54,373 bases of DNA from Polyangiales bacterium (GTDB lineage: Bacteria > Myxococcota_A > Polyangia > Polyangiales > Houyiibacteriaceae). Positions 1-9,653 of this stretch are shown in pieces; position 1 is the first letter of the stretch; each line of letters begins with the position of its first letter. Below the pieces are notes generated by a model, which made no database searches, was not told the DNA's origin, and saw only the letters and a program-made list of their open reading frames with translations. Made by a program: the position numbers and the translations under genes. The stretch lies in assembly GCA_045106895.1 (NCBI GenBank), contig JBGCFM010000102.1:1-54373 (forward strand), read 5' to 3'.

Positions 1-251
1 TCTTCGTCGTCGGAAGGCTCTTCGTCCTCGGAAGGCTCTTCGTCCTCGGAAGGCTCTTCGTCCTCGGAACGCTCGTCGTCGTCGGAACGCTCGTCGTCGT
101 CGGAACGCTCGTCGTCGTCGGAACGCTCGTCGTCGTCGGAACGCTCGTCGGACTCTTCGTCGGCGCCCGTCTCCTCCGTCGCTTCGGTCTCTTCACCCTC
201 AGGCTCGACCACCTCGGAAGATTCGCTTTCCTGTTCGCTTGTCTCGTTCAT
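1..251 (-). CDS. N-terminal fragment of a gene running off the window edge; highly acidic leader; probably SMC-Scp complex subunit ScpB
   Basis: ATG at 251-249 overlaps the scpA stop (ATGA). The frame is open to the edge: MNETSEQESESSEVVEPEGEETEATEETGADEESDERSDDDERS... ScpB identity is inferred only from the usual scpA-scpB order. Confidence 0.55.
   Translation of the reverse strand, partial: MNETSEQESESSEVVEPEGEETEATEETGADEESDERSDDDERSDDDERSDDDERSDDDERSEDEEPSEDEEPSEDEEPSDDE
10..147. repeat. 18-bp coding tandem repeat (3x tcggaaggctcttcgtcc, 4x tcggaacgctcgtcgtcg, plus a partial unit)
   Basis: Read directly; encodes (ERSDDD)n/(EPSEDE)n on the minus strand; no spacers. Confidence 0.95.
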
Positions 252-1444
252 GCCGGTGACGGCTCCTTATCGCCCTCGGTGGCGTTTTCAAGCTGCTCTT
301 CGCCATCGACGGGGGGTAAATCGGATGACGCAGGGGAAGGGACGTTTTCGTCGGATTCCGTCTCCACTTCATCACCGCCAACGACGCTCTCTGCTTGCGT
401 CTCCGCGTCTTCGTTGCTCTCAGACTCCGTGTGTTCGTCTTCAACTGAGCTGTCGGATGAGCTGTCGGATGCCCCGTCGGATGAGCTGTCGGATGCCCCG
501 TCGGATGCCCCGTCGGCAGCCTGACCATCCCCGTGATCGTAGCTAAACGCGGCTGCCACCGCGTCCTCATCGCTCTCTTCGACGGTCAGGATTCGCGCCT
601 CCAAGTAGATCGGTCCATCGGCCTCGGCTTGGTACACGCCAAGGAGGCGCATCTTGGCCATTTCCAGCAGTGCCAAGAACGTGACGACGAGGTCGTAGGT
701 CGTCGCGTAACCTTCGAAAAGCGCCTCGAATGGGAGTCGGGTGCGGTCCCGAACCATTTCGGTAATCTGGCCCATTCGCTCCTGAATCGTGATGCGTTCG
801 GCATCGATCTCGAAGGCGAGCTTGCCCTCGTGGCGTTTCAGGATCTTCTGGAAGATATCGATAAGTTTGAAAACGCTGACTTCTGCGAGCGGCGCCGGGC
901 CCTCCGCTTTCGGTCCCGGGATTCCACGCGAGAACACGTCTCGGCCAACAACACCGCGGGCGCCGAGCTCCTCCGCGGCCTTCTTGTACTTCTGGTACGC
1001 AAGGAGGCGACGAATCAGCTCCTCCCGCGGATCCACGCCGTCATCCTCGTCCTCGTCCTGGTCCTCTGGGGGACGAGGGAGAAGGCTCTTGCTCTTGATG
1101 TGAATCAGCGTCGCCGCCATCACCAGGTATTCGGCTGCGACGTCGAGATTCAACGTCTCCATCAGCTGCATGTACTCCACGTAACGCGCGGTCACGAAAG
1201 CCATGGGCAGGTCGAGGATGTCCAGCTCGTGCTTCTTGATGAGGTGCAGAAGAAGGTCCAAAGGCCCTTCGAAGTTCGGCAACGACACGTGGAAATTGGG
1301 GTCGATGGGCGTCGGCGCATCGGACGGAATCACGACGCCTTCGGGCACGCGAATCTCGCCTACGGACGTTTGAAGCGCGCTCGCTTCTTCGTCGGGTTTT
1401 CCACCGGGGGACGGATCACCGTCTGGGTTCTCAATTTCCGTCAT
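248..1444 (-). CDS. scpA: Segregation and condensation protein A (kleisin) with acidic C-terminal extension
   Basis: FEGPLDLLLHLI...EYLVMAATLIHIKSKSLLP and C-terminal VVTFLALLEMAK motifs. The ORF extends to 1486; the ATG at 1444 is chosen as the likely start. Confidence 0.93.
   Translation of the reverse strand: MTEIENPDGDPSPGGKPDEEASALQTSVGEIRVPEGVVIPSDAPTPIDPNFHVSLPNFEGPLDLLLHLIKKHELDILDLPMAFVTARYVEYMQLMETLNLDVAAEYLVMAATLIHIKSKSLLPRPPEDQDEDEDDGVDPREELIRRLLAYQKYKKAAEELGARGVVGRDVFSRGIPGPKAEGPAPLAEVSVFKLIDIFQKILKRHEGKLAFEIDAERITIQERMGQITEMVRDRTRLPFEALFEGYATTYDLVVTFLALLEMAKMRLLGVYQAEADGPIYLEARILTVEESDEDAVAAAFSYDHGDGQAADGASDGASDSSSDGASDSSSDSSVEDEHTESESNEDAETQAESVVGGDEVETESDENVPSPASSDLPPVDGEEQLENATEGDKEPSPA
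453..512. repeat. 5 x 12-bp coding tandem repeat (tcggatgagctg / tcggatgccccg)
   Basis: Read directly; encodes DGAS/DSSS units in the ScpA tail. Confidence 0.9.
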
Positions 1445-1560
1445 GGGTGGGCCGATGGAGCTATCAAGTGGGGGGGTTGGTGTCAACGCGGAGCACGTGT
1501 TGTGGACATCAAACTACGCCGAATGCAGTGTTTTTCGCCCAAAGAGGATAGGATGATCCT

Positions 1561-2121
1561 GTGTTTGATGATTTCGAGGACCCGTTTGCCCTCCCGATGG
1601 AGGAGCTCAAGCTCGCTGCCCCTCCGGAGCCGACGGCGACGAAGAAGCACGCGCCCGCGTATCGACAGAACGAGGTCGTGGCGCTCGCCGCCTTTGGCGA
1701 GGTAGGCGGCCTCGCAAAAAACGGGTCCTACGCGCTGCGAACCCGCCGGCGTAAGGCAGTGCTGCACGCCGCCCTTCTCGAGCACCGACGGAAGCTCGCC
1801 GCCGCGCTCACCCTTCGTGACAAAGAGCTGGAAGCGTTGACATCAACGCTTGCGGACAAAGGGATAGGCGGCTCCGCAGCCACAGACCCCGACCCACATA
1901 AACATACGCTTGCCTTGCTTCATTCCGGTGAGGTCGGGGTGGTGCTGGCGCTGCCCGTGCTCGATGCGTTCTCCAAGGCGCGCGAGGTGAGCCGACAGGC
2001 CGCTCTGCACGCCGCCGCGCTCAACGTCGTCGACGACGGCGCATATCGCCGCGGCTCAGAAGGGCTCGCTCTGGTCGCCTCCATCGTCGCCATGGCGTTC
2101 GCGCTTCTTCTACTCTTCTAG
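1561..2121 (+). CDS. Hypothetical protein with C-terminal membrane anchor
   Basis: 186-aa ORF filling the gap between scpA and a convergent gene; ends in hydrophobic LALVASIVAMAFALLLLF. Confidence 0.65.
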   Translation: MFDDFEDPFALPMEELKLAAPPEPTATKKHAPAYRQNEVVALAAFGEVGGLAKNGSYALRTRRRKAVLHAALLEHRRKLAAALTLRDKELEALTSTLADKGIGGSAATDPDPHKHTLALLHSGEVGVVLALPVLDAFSKAREVSRQAALHAAALNVVDDGAYRRGSEGLALVASIVAMAFALLLLF

Positions 2122-2280
2122 TACTCCATCTCAGAAGTTCTGACCGGTTGAGCGCGGCCCTTGGCCGCGATCTTCGCCCCACTTCGCCTTGAATGTACGC
2201 TGCACGTCCTTCGTTGATTTGAGCCAAACCTCACAAACCAATCATCCACCCTGAACCGGTCTAAGTCCGAGCGGCTCGTT

Positions 2281-2320
2281 AAAAAAGAAAGGCGAGCGCC
2301 GAAGCGCCCGCCTTCTTTTG
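2281..2320 (-). terminator. Rho-independent terminator, possibly bidirectional
   Basis: The minus strand reads GAAGGCGGGCGC-TTCG-GCGCTCGCCTTT-CTTTTTT, just after the stop of 2334..3395. A short T run also follows on the plus strand. Confidence 0.85.
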
Positions 2321-2333
2321 TCGAGAGCGTTTC

Positions 2334-3395
2334 TCAGGGGAAAGGAAGTCCGCCGCCGCAACCGAGAATCGCGACCTCTGCGCCACCGCAGCAGACGCTG
2401 ACCTCACCGCCCATGCCGGGGATGATTCCGCCGCCGCCGACCTGACAAGTGTCCTCACCGGAGCACATCATGCAACCACAGCTGGCGTCGGTGTTTTCCA
2501 CGCAGGTCCCTGCGCAGCAGCTCTGGCCTGGGTCGCCGCCCATTCCTGGAAGGATGCCACCTGCCATTGGAGCTCGGCACGCGCCGCCGGCGCCACAGCC
2601 GCAGACTCCGCCGTTGCAGGACTCGCCGTCACCGCAAGTGACGCCACAGCCGCCACAGTTCATTGGGTCGCTCGTTGCGTCGGCGCATCCACCGCCGCAG
2701 CACGCCTGTCCTGCCGCGCAGGCGACGCCGCCACCGCAACCACAAACGCCGCTGTTGCAGCTCTCTCCCTCTTGGCAGGCGTTTCCGACTGCGCCGCAGT
2801 TCATGGGGTCGAACATGAGGTTGGCGCAGATGAAGCTAGCGCCGCTCGATACACATGCCTGTCCAACTGGGCACTGGCTGAACGCACCGCAAAGGCACTG
2901 CATCGGACCCATGCCGCCCATCTGTCCGCAGCTGCTGGAGCGCGTGGCGTCACACGCAGGGCTGCAGTCGCCGGTGACGGTGCCAGCGTCGAATCCGCCG
3001 CCCGTGTCTGGAGTTCCCGCGTCCGAGCCGCCGCACACGCCGCCGATGCAGGCTGTGCCAGCGAGACACGCCACGCCGCAGCCACCACAGTTGGTGCTGT
3101 TGCTCATGGTGTCGACGCAGCTATCGCCGCACTGAGTTTCGGAGGGGTTCTCGCAGCCGGTGCCAACGCCGGCGCAAGTACCCGCGGAACAGGTCTGACC
3201 CATGAGGCAGCTGTTGCCGCACGCGCCGCAGTTCTGGAAGCTTGTCTGCACGCTCGTGCACACCCCGCCACACTCCACCTGACCTGTGAGGCATTCGCCG
3301 CTCCGAACGTCATCATCGCCACAGGCGACGAAGAACAAAGTTGCGAGTGCAAGACCGGCGCGCATCGCGGTCGAGAAGATAGGTGTCGTTGCCAT
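2334..3395 (-). CDS. Cys/Gly-rich lipoprotein with four Stig1-like C-x8-NCGxCGxxC repeats
   Basis: Lipobox FVAC-GDDD; repeats QNCGACGNSC, TNCGGCGVAC, DPMNCGAVGNAC, DPMNCGGCGVTC; GGAG upstream of the ATG; terminator downstream. Confidence 0.85.
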   Translation of the reverse strand: MATTPIFSTAMRAGLALATLFFVACGDDDVRSGECLTGQVECGGVCTSVQTSFQNCGACGNSCLMGQTCSAGTCAGVGTGCENPSETQCGDSCVDTMSNSTNCGGCGVACLAGTACIGGVCGGSDAGTPDTGGGFDAGTVTGDCSPACDATRSSSCGQMGGMGPMQCLCGAFSQCPVGQACVSSGASFICANLMFDPMNCGAVGNACQEGESCNSGVCGCGGGVACAAGQACCGGGCADATSDPMNCGGCGVTCGDGESCNGGVCGCGAGGACRAPMAGGILPGMGGDPGQSCCAGTCVENTDASCGCMMCSGEDTCQVGGGGIIPGMGGEVSVCCGGAEVAILGCGGGLPFP

Positions 3396-3501
3396 TGGGT
3401 TCTCCCGAAAAGTTAGAGCCCAAATGGGCCAAATAACCCTGGCACGGTAGCGGTGAGGCGCCGTCAGGTCAAACAGCTGAAAACCATGGGCACGAGAAAG
3501 C

Positions 3502-3975
3502 TCACCCCTTTTGGTGCTCTTGGATGGCTTCGAGGACCTTATCGACGTGGCCCTTCACCCTCACTTTCGGGAAATGAGCCACGACGCGTCCATCTGGGCC
3601 CACGACGACTGTGGAGCGAATGATCCCGTCGTAAACCTTCCCGTAGAGCTTTTTTTCTCCCCAGGCGTCGTACTTGAGCAGCATCGCGCCCTTCTCGTCC
3701 GAGAGCAGCGGGAAGTTCAGATCGTGCTTGTCCCGAAACTTCTCGTGGCGCTCAACGCTGTCTTTGGAGACCCCGACGACTTCGGCACCCAGCTTTTTCA
3801 GCTTCTTTGAGGCATCTCGGAAGTCCTGTGCTTCCGTCGTGCAGCCTGGGGTCATGTCCTTCGGGTAAAAATACACCACGACGTATTTCCCCGCGAAGTC
3901 GGAGAGCTTCTGCTTCTCGCCCCCGTAGGTGGGCAGTGAAAATGCGGGGGCTTTGTTTCCAACTTTGATGGCCAT
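3502..3975 (-). CDS. bcp: Thioredoxin-dependent thiol peroxidase (BCP/PrxQ peroxiredoxin)
   Basis: VVVYFYPKDMTPGCTTEA active-site motif, GVSKDS, FPLLSD. Confidence 0.95.
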   Translation of the reverse strand: MAIKVGNKAPAFSLPTYGGEKQKLSDFAGKYVVVYFYPKDMTPGCTTEAQDFRDASKKLKKLGAEVVGVSKDSVERHEKFRDKHDLNFPLLSDEKGAMLLKYDAWGEKKLYGKVYDGIIRSTVVVGPDGRVVAHFPKVRVKGHVDKVLEAIQEHQKG

Positions 3976-4084
3976 GCAAGCTCCATATCAAGGTTGGCCG
4001 GCCGGTGCACGACGAGAAGGGCTCGCTCGTATCACCTTAGGTCCACCGGTTCATCTACTTCGCGCTTTGCCGTTAGTGCGGTTT

Positions 4085-5488
4085 ATGCGAATCGCGATCT
4101 GCACCCTCTTCATTCTCATGCTCGGGTCCGCTTCTACCCAAGCGCAGCTCAGCGCCCCGGAACTCGAGGAAGCTCACCAGCGTTTGCGCTCGTTTGACTT
4201 TAGCGCTCCCGCGAACGTGAACCTACTCGCCGAATTGGGCGTGTACTTGCGAACCAATGTGGCCGCCACGGAGAGCCACCGTCGTGAAGCTTCGTTTCTT
4301 CGTTCCGTCGTCGCAACCGACATGCTGCTCATCTCCCGCTGGCGAGAATCTGGTTTGGAAAGTGACATCGCCGCAGCCATGGGCGTCGAAGAACAACAGC
4401 TAGTGGAGAGGCTCAAGGCCGACCTGGCGCCGCTGACAGCAGGGATCTACTCGGAGACCGCGAACGACGCGCTCAATGCGCTCAACGAGTCCCAAGAGGT
4501 GCGGGGCCCGCGAAGTGCGCTTGGCTACTTCGCCGCCGTCGCCGAGGCCGCTGCGAGTCACGACCCCATCGCGCATCTGGCCCGCCTCTCGGATGACGTA
4601 TGTGCCGACGAGGGGCAATGCCCGTCTCCTTTTCACCACTTTCGCGAGGACGGACGCCGCGCCATCGCCACTGTGCAAACCGCCCTCGGGCGGCTCGCCG
4701 CATTTCAGCGCGAAGCACACAGCGAAGACCCGTTCATTCTGGCTTTGGGGGACGCATTCGCAAACTACCAGGCGTCGTTCCAAGGTATCCAGCTCTCACC
4801 GGAGGCGCGCCTTGGTGACATTACGCTCTCCGCCGCTGGGCCCCGCGAGAATGATGTCGCGGTCAACTCACTGATCGTCATCCGCCCCCAAGAGGTTTGC
4901 GTAGGCACCGTCGCCCACGTCCGATTCGAGGAAGGGCATGCCGAAGTCTACGGTGAGAGCGCCGGCGTTCCTTTGCTGCCGGACATCCGCTGCGTGCCCG
5001 TTCCCCGCTCATTGCGGCCCTTCCCAACGCCCATGCCGGAGCTGGTCACGGCGTTGACTCCCCTCGCAAACACAAGTCATCTCGGCGTGGGTGGCTCGGA
5101 CGACGCGCCCGCTCACCTGCTGACGCGCGTATGGCTTTCGGCGCTTCGAGCCGGTGTCACCCCCGACGCCCTCGTCGGCCGAGGGGAAGATGGTCACCTT
5201 GCCGCGCTGCATGCCGTGGCGGTCCGCGGCGACGACGGGAGCGCCATTCAAGTACACGTTCGGCTCGGCGGCCACACCGTTGCCGTTAGAGGTTCCGGTG
5301 AGCGCTCACTTCCTCGTCGTCCGGGCCCTGATGGCCTGTCGTTCGACTACGAAGCCCTCGAAACATTCGCTCGGGACAGCCGCACAACGAGCGTCCGCTA
5401 TATGCATTCGCTCCCCCTCGGCTCCCTCACGGCGACGGCCTTCTATATCGCCCCACGCGAAAGCCACGTCACGCTTGTGATGCCTTAA
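4085..5488 (+). CDS. Hypothetical secreted protein
   Basis: Long ORF; the ATG at 4085 gives a signal peptide [20 protein letters not shown]; no family recognised. Confidence 0.75.
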   Translation: MRIAICTLFILMLGSASTQAQLSAPELEEAHQRLRSFDFSAPANVNLLAELGVYLRTNVAATESHRREASFLRSVVATDMLLISRWRESGLESDIAAAMGVEEQQLVERLKADLAPLTAGIYSETANDALNALNESQEVRGPRSALGYFAAVAEAAASHDPIAHLARLSDDVCADEGQCPSPFHHFREDGRRAIATVQTALGRLAAFQREAHSEDPFILALGDAFANYQASFQGIQLSPEARLGDITLSAAGPRENDVAVNSLIVIRPQEVCVGTVAHVRFEEGHAEVYGESAGVPLLPDIRCVPVPRSLRPFPTPMPELVTALTPLANTSHLGVGGSDDAPAHLLTRVWLSALRAGVTPDALVGRGEDGHLAALHAVAVRGDDGSAIQVHVRLGGHTVAVRGSGERSLPRRPGPDGLSFDYEALETFARDSRTTSVRYMHSLPLGSLTATAFYIAPRESHVTLVMP

Positions 5489-6335
5489 AACGGCGCTCCG
5501 CAGCGGTGACGGTGTTGCTCAAGAGCATCGCGATGGTCATTGGGCCGACGCCCCCGGGGACTGGCGTGATCGCCGCGGCGCGCTCAAGGGCACTCTCGTA
5601 GTGCACGTCACCGAGGAGCTTGCCTTCATCGTTCCGGTTGATTCCGACGTCGATGACCACCGCGCCTTCTTTGAGCCACTCGCCGCGAATCATCTCTGAC
5701 CGACCCACCGCGGCGATGACGATATCGGACTCTGCGACGCGAGCCGCGAGATCGACGGTGCGGCTGTGTGCGATGGTGACCGTCGCGTTCGCTTCCAGGA
5801 GCATCAAGGCGATGGGTTTGCCCACGAGCAAGCTCCGCCCGACGACGAGAGCTCGTTTCCCCTGGGGGTCACAGCCAGCCTCCTGAATCAGCCGCATGCA
5901 GCCGCTCGGCGTGCAGGGGCGCAGCCCAGGGCGGCCGTCCATGAGACGACCTGCGTTCTCCGTCGTCAGCCCGTCCACGTCCTTGGTGGCTGAAAGGGCG
6001 TCCAAGACCGGCTGCGCGCGAAGGTGTTTTGGAAGCGGCAGCTGAACAAGAATCCCGTCGACTTTCTCATCGGCGCTCAGGCGATTCACGAGGGAGAGGA
6101 GTTCCTCCTGGGTCGTCGTCGCTGGGAGGCGGTGAACAGCGCCTTCGATGCCCGCTTTGCCGGCGGCGCGCTCCTTTGCACGCACGTAGACCTGGCTGGC
6201 GGGATCGTCTCCCACCAGGACCACGTGAAGCGACGCCTTCCGCCCGGACTTCTCCTCGAAGGCAGCGGCGGCCTTCGCCACCTCTTTTCGTACCTGCTTG
6301 GCGATGGCTTTCCCATCGATCTTTGCTGCAACCAT
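5469..6335 (-). CDS. folD: Bifunctional methylenetetrahydrofolate dehydrogenase/cyclohydrolase
   Basis: [44 protein letters not shown]. Confidence 0.98.
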   Translation of the reverse strand: MVAAKIDGKAIAKQVRKEVAKAAAAFEEKSGRKASLHVVLVGDDPASQVYVRAKERAAGKAGIEGAVHRLPATTTQEELLSLVNRLSADEKVDGILVQLPLPKHLRAQPVLDALSATKDVDGLTTENAGRLMDGRPGLRPCTPSGCMRLIQEAGCDPQGKRALVVGRSLLVGKPIALMLLEANATVTIAHSRTVDLAARVAESDIVIAAVGRSEMIRGEWLKEGAVVIDVGINRNDEGKLLGDVHYESALERAAAITPVPGGVGPMTIAMLLSNTVTAAERRFKASQA

Positions 6336-6424
6336 GGCCGGTTACTAGCAGCCCCTCGGCTCTCGGAGAAGGGGGAAGAACGCACGGGTGGGTGCGGCCT
6401 GCGGCATGTGGTACATGCTGCCTC

Positions 6425-9400
6425 ATGTCGTCATTTTCGCCGGTCAATTCTCAAGTCGACTTTCCTGCCCTCGACCACGCGCATCTGCGCTTCTGGGACG
6501 AGCGCGCGATTTTCGAAAAGACGCTGGAGCTCGCCAAAGGCAAGCCGAGCTTCGTCTTCTTCGAAGGTCCGCCCACAGCCAACGGCATGCCTCATTCCGG
6601 CCACGTTCTGACCCGCATCATGAAGGACGTGTTTCTCCGATACCGCTCCATGTGCGGGTATCACGTGCCGCGGCGCGCTGGCTGGGACACTCACGGTCTC
6701 CCCGTGGAAGTCGAGGTCGAGAAGGCGCTCGGCATCAGCGGCAAAGACGCCATCGCCGAGTACGGCGTCGAGGCGTTCTCGCGAAAGTGCATCGACTCGG
6801 TGTTCAAGTACATCGAGGAGTGGCGCCGCATGACGCGCCGCATCGGCTTTTGGGTCGACCTGGATGACGCCTACGTCACTTTCCACAAAGCGTACGTCGA
6901 GAGCGTCTGGTGGGCACTCAAAGAGCTTCACGGCAAAGGACTGCTCTACCAGGACTACAAGGTGCTCTGGTGGTGGGCCCAAGGCGGCACCGCACTCTCG
7001 GCGGGCGAAGTGGGTCAGGGCTACAAAGAGGTCGACGACCCATCCGTCGTCATTCGTTTTCCTATCAAGGGTCGAGACGGCGAAGCGTTCCTCGCTTGGA
7101 CGACGACGCCGTGGACCCTCCCCTCGAACATCGCCCTCGCCGTCAAAGCCACGGCGACGTATCAGCGGATCAAGACCGAAGACGGATCCATCCTCGTCTG
7201 CGCGGAGGCGCTCGTCTCTTCCCTCTTTGGCGACGCCGAGGTGGAAGTCCTCAGTTCCGTCACAGGCGAAGAGCTCGTCGGCCTCGAGTACGAAGCGCCC
7301 TTTAGCTACGCGGAACCCACCGGCGGTCCCGCCCACCGGGTCATCACGGCGGACTTCGTCGAACTTGGTACAGGCACCGGCTTGGTCCACATGGCCCCTG
7401 CCTTTGGTGAGGACGACTTCCGGGTGTGCAAGGCCGCTGGCCTCGGCTTTCTCCAGCTCGTCAAGCCCGACGGCACTTTCCCAACGGAGGTCACGGACTT
7501 CGCCGGGCAGTTCTGCAAGGACGCAGACCGCGACATCATCCGCCACCTCCGGGCGAGCGGCGCTCTCTTCAAGGAAGAGATCTACCGCCACGAGTACCCG
7601 TTCTGCTGGCGAAAGAGCAGCGACCCACTCATCCAGTACGCGCGAAAGAGCTGGTTCATCCGCACCACCCGCGAGATCGAGCGCACCAAGGCGAACAACC
7701 AGGAGATCAACTGGGAGCCGAAGCACATCAAGGACGGCCGCTTCGGTCAGTTCCTCGAAGGGAACGTCGACTGGGCGCTGAGCCGCGAGCGCTTCTGGGG
7801 TACGCCCTTGCCTATCTGGATCAACGACGAAACCGGCGCGATGGATGTCGTCGGAAGCGAAGCCGAGATCCTCGAGCGAAATCCGGACGCCTTTGCCCAC
7901 TTTGAGGCTGCGAAAGAGAAAGACCCTTCCCTCGCGGAGGACCTGAAGGTCCACAAGCCTTGGGTCGACGAGGTCACCTGGACCAAGCCCGGCGAAGCGG
8001 GTGTCTACCGGCGCATCCCCGAGGTCATCGACTGCTGGTTCGATAGCGGTTGCATGCCCTTCGCCCAGTGGGGTTACCCGCACAAGAACAAGGAAGCATT
8101 CGAGGCGAGCTTCCCCGCCGACTTCATCACGGAGGCTGTGGACCAGACGCGCGGTTGGTTCTACTCCTTGCTCACGATCAGCACCCTACTCTTCGAAGAG
8201 AAGGACACGCCACATCCCTTCCGCAACTGCGTGGTCCTCGGACTCCTCACGGACGAAAAGGGAAAGAAGCAGTCGAAGTCGCTGAAGAACTACACCGACC
8301 CCATGATCATCATGGAGAAGTCCGGCGGCGACGCGATGCGTTGGGCTCTCTACTCGGCGACGGTTCCTGGACAGAACACCCGCTTCTTCGAGCGCGCTGC
8401 GACTGATGCCGTCCGCGAGTTCCTGCTGAAGATCTGGAATGTCTACAGCTTCTTCGTGACCTACGCGAACATCGACGGATTTGGCGCTACCTCCGAGCGT
8501 CCGCCCATCAGCGAGCGTCCGGACATGGACCGCTGGATCCTCGCGGAGCTCGACGCCACGACGCGCCTCGTACGCGAGGAGCTCGATGGCTTCCGCAGCC
8601 ACACCGCCGCTCGACACATTCACAGCTTCGTGGATGCGCTCAGTAACTGGTACGTGCGCCGCAGTCGCAGCCGCTTCTGGGCGAGCGGCGTGAGCGCCGA
8701 CAAGACCAGCGCCTTCGCCACGCTCTACGAAGTGCTGCGTGACCTCTCGGCCATCGTGTCTCCCTTCGTTCCCTTCATCGCCGAGGAGCTCCATCAGAAC
8801 CTGCGTCGCGCGGACGAGCCCGAGTCGATCCACTTGATGCCCTTCCCTGAAGGCGACGATGAACGTCAGGACGAAGAGCTCCGGAACGCGGTGACGCTCA
8901 CTCGCGGCGTCGTCGCGCTGGGTCAGCGCGTTCGCAGTGAAGAGAAGCTCAAGGTCCGGCAGCCCCTCGGCGAAGCCGTCGTCGTCGTCGCCGACGATGC
9001 CGAACGCGCCGCCATCGACCGCTTCAGCTCGGCCATTCGCGAGGAGCTCAACGTCGAGACGCTCTCCTTTACGGACGAGCCCGCGAAGTACGTCAACTTC
9101 GACCTGGTTCCCAACTTCCGCGCCCTTGGGCCGAAGCTTGGGAAGCGCATGCCTCTCTGCAAGAAGGCCCTCGCCGCCGCCGACGGGTCCAAGCTCCACG
9201 AAGAACTCGAAGGCGCAGGTTCGTTCACCCTCGTTCTCTCGGATGGCGAGAGCATTCAGCTCGGCCCCGAAGAGGTGGAGATTCGACTCGCCGCCAAAGA
9301 GGGCTTCGCCGCAGCAGCGAGCGGCGGCCAGGTCGTCGTCCTCGACACGCAACTGACCGACGCTCTGGTCCGCGCAGGCTTGGCCCGCGAGGTCATCAGC

Positions 9401-9625
9401 CGACTGCAGAAAGAACGGAAAGAGCGGGATCTGGCGTTCGACGCTCGGATCATGGTCGAAATCACCTCCACAGGCGTCCTCCAGGAGGCCCTCCAGGAGC
9501 ACTCGGCGCACATCGCCAAGGAAATTCTGGCGGAGTCGTTTGAGGTCGTGAGCGCCGTCGACGGCGGCGTTGACCACGATGTTGGGGAGCTAAGCTTCAC
9601 CTTCAAAGTAAGCCCTAAGAGCTAA
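6425..9625 (+). CDS. ileS: Isoleucine--tRNA ligase, type 2 (archaeal/eukaryote-like)
   Basis: EGPPTANGMPHSGH, GWDTHGLPVE, AWTTTPWTLP, DWALSRERFWG, MPFAQWGYP, DQTRGWFYSL, KQSKS; no C-terminal Zn finger. Start placed at ATG 6425. Confidence 0.96.
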   Translation: MSSFSPVNSQVDFPALDHAHLRFWDERAIFEKTLELAKGKPSFVFFEGPPTANGMPHSGHVLTRIMKDVFLRYRSMCGYHVPRRAGWDTHGLPVEVEVEKALGISGKDAIAEYGVEAFSRKCIDSVFKYIEEWRRMTRRIGFWVDLDDAYVTFHKAYVESVWWALKELHGKGLLYQDYKVLWWWAQGGTALSAGEVGQGYKEVDDPSVVIRFPIKGRDGEAFLAWTTTPWTLPSNIALAVKATATYQRIKTEDGSILVCAEALVSSLFGDAEVEVLSSVTGEELVGLEYEAPFSYAEPTGGPAHRVITADFVELGTGTGLVHMAPAFGEDDFRVCKAAGLGFLQLVKPDGTFPTEVTDFAGQFCKDADRDIIRHLRASGALFKEEIYRHEYPFCWRKSSDPLIQYARKSWFIRTTREIERTKANNQEINWEPKHIKDGRFGQFLEGNVDWALSRERFWGTPLPIWINDETGAMDVVGSEAEILERNPDAFAHFEAAKEKDPSLAEDLKVHKPWVDEVTWTKPGEAGVYRRIPEVIDCWFDSGCMPFAQWGYPHKNKEAFEASFPADFITEAVDQTRGWFYSLLTISTLLFEEKDTPHPFRNCVVLGLLTDEKGKKQSKSLKNYTDPMIIMEKSGGDAMRWALYSATVPGQNTRFFERAATDAVREFLLKIWNVYSFFVTYANIDGFGATSERPPISERPDMDRWILAELDATTRLVREELDGFRSHTAARHIHSFVDALSNWYVRRSRSRFWASGVSADKTSAFATLYEVLRDLSAIVSPFVPFIAEELHQNLRRADEPESIHLMPFPEGDDERQDEELRNAVTLTRGVVALGQRVRSEEKLKVRQPLGEAVVVVADDAERAAIDRFSSAIREELNVETLSFTDEPAKYVNFDLVPNFRALGPKLGKRMPLCKKALAAADGSKLHEELEGAGSFTLVLSDGESIQLGPEEVEIRLAAKEGFAAAASGGQVVVLDTQLTDALVRAGLAREVISRLQKERKERDLAFDARIMVEITSTGVLQEALQEHSAHIAKEILAESFEVVSAVDGGVDHDVGELSFTFKVSPKS

Positions 9626-9653
9626 GCGCAGCGATTGCCGCTATCCTGGCGGC

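Noticed and set aside
10..147. Tandem repeats as a possible CRISPR array
   Set aside because: The units are contiguous, in frame and coding, with no unique spacers and no cas genes.
533..1705. Long antisense ORFs over real genes (also 6431..8083, 8186..9577, 18697..20277, 24405..25613, 43277..44689)
   Set aside because: Expected in high-GC DNA; each lies opposite a well-supported gene and lacks recognisable motifs.
6029..6424. 132-aa N-terminal extension of IleRS in the ORF track
   Set aside because: It overlaps folD on the other strand; IleRS-like sequence starts at ATG 6425.
6593..6604. Mupirocin hyper-resistance swapped HIGH motif (xxHH type)
   Set aside because: The motif is HSGH, which is the canonical HXGH order.
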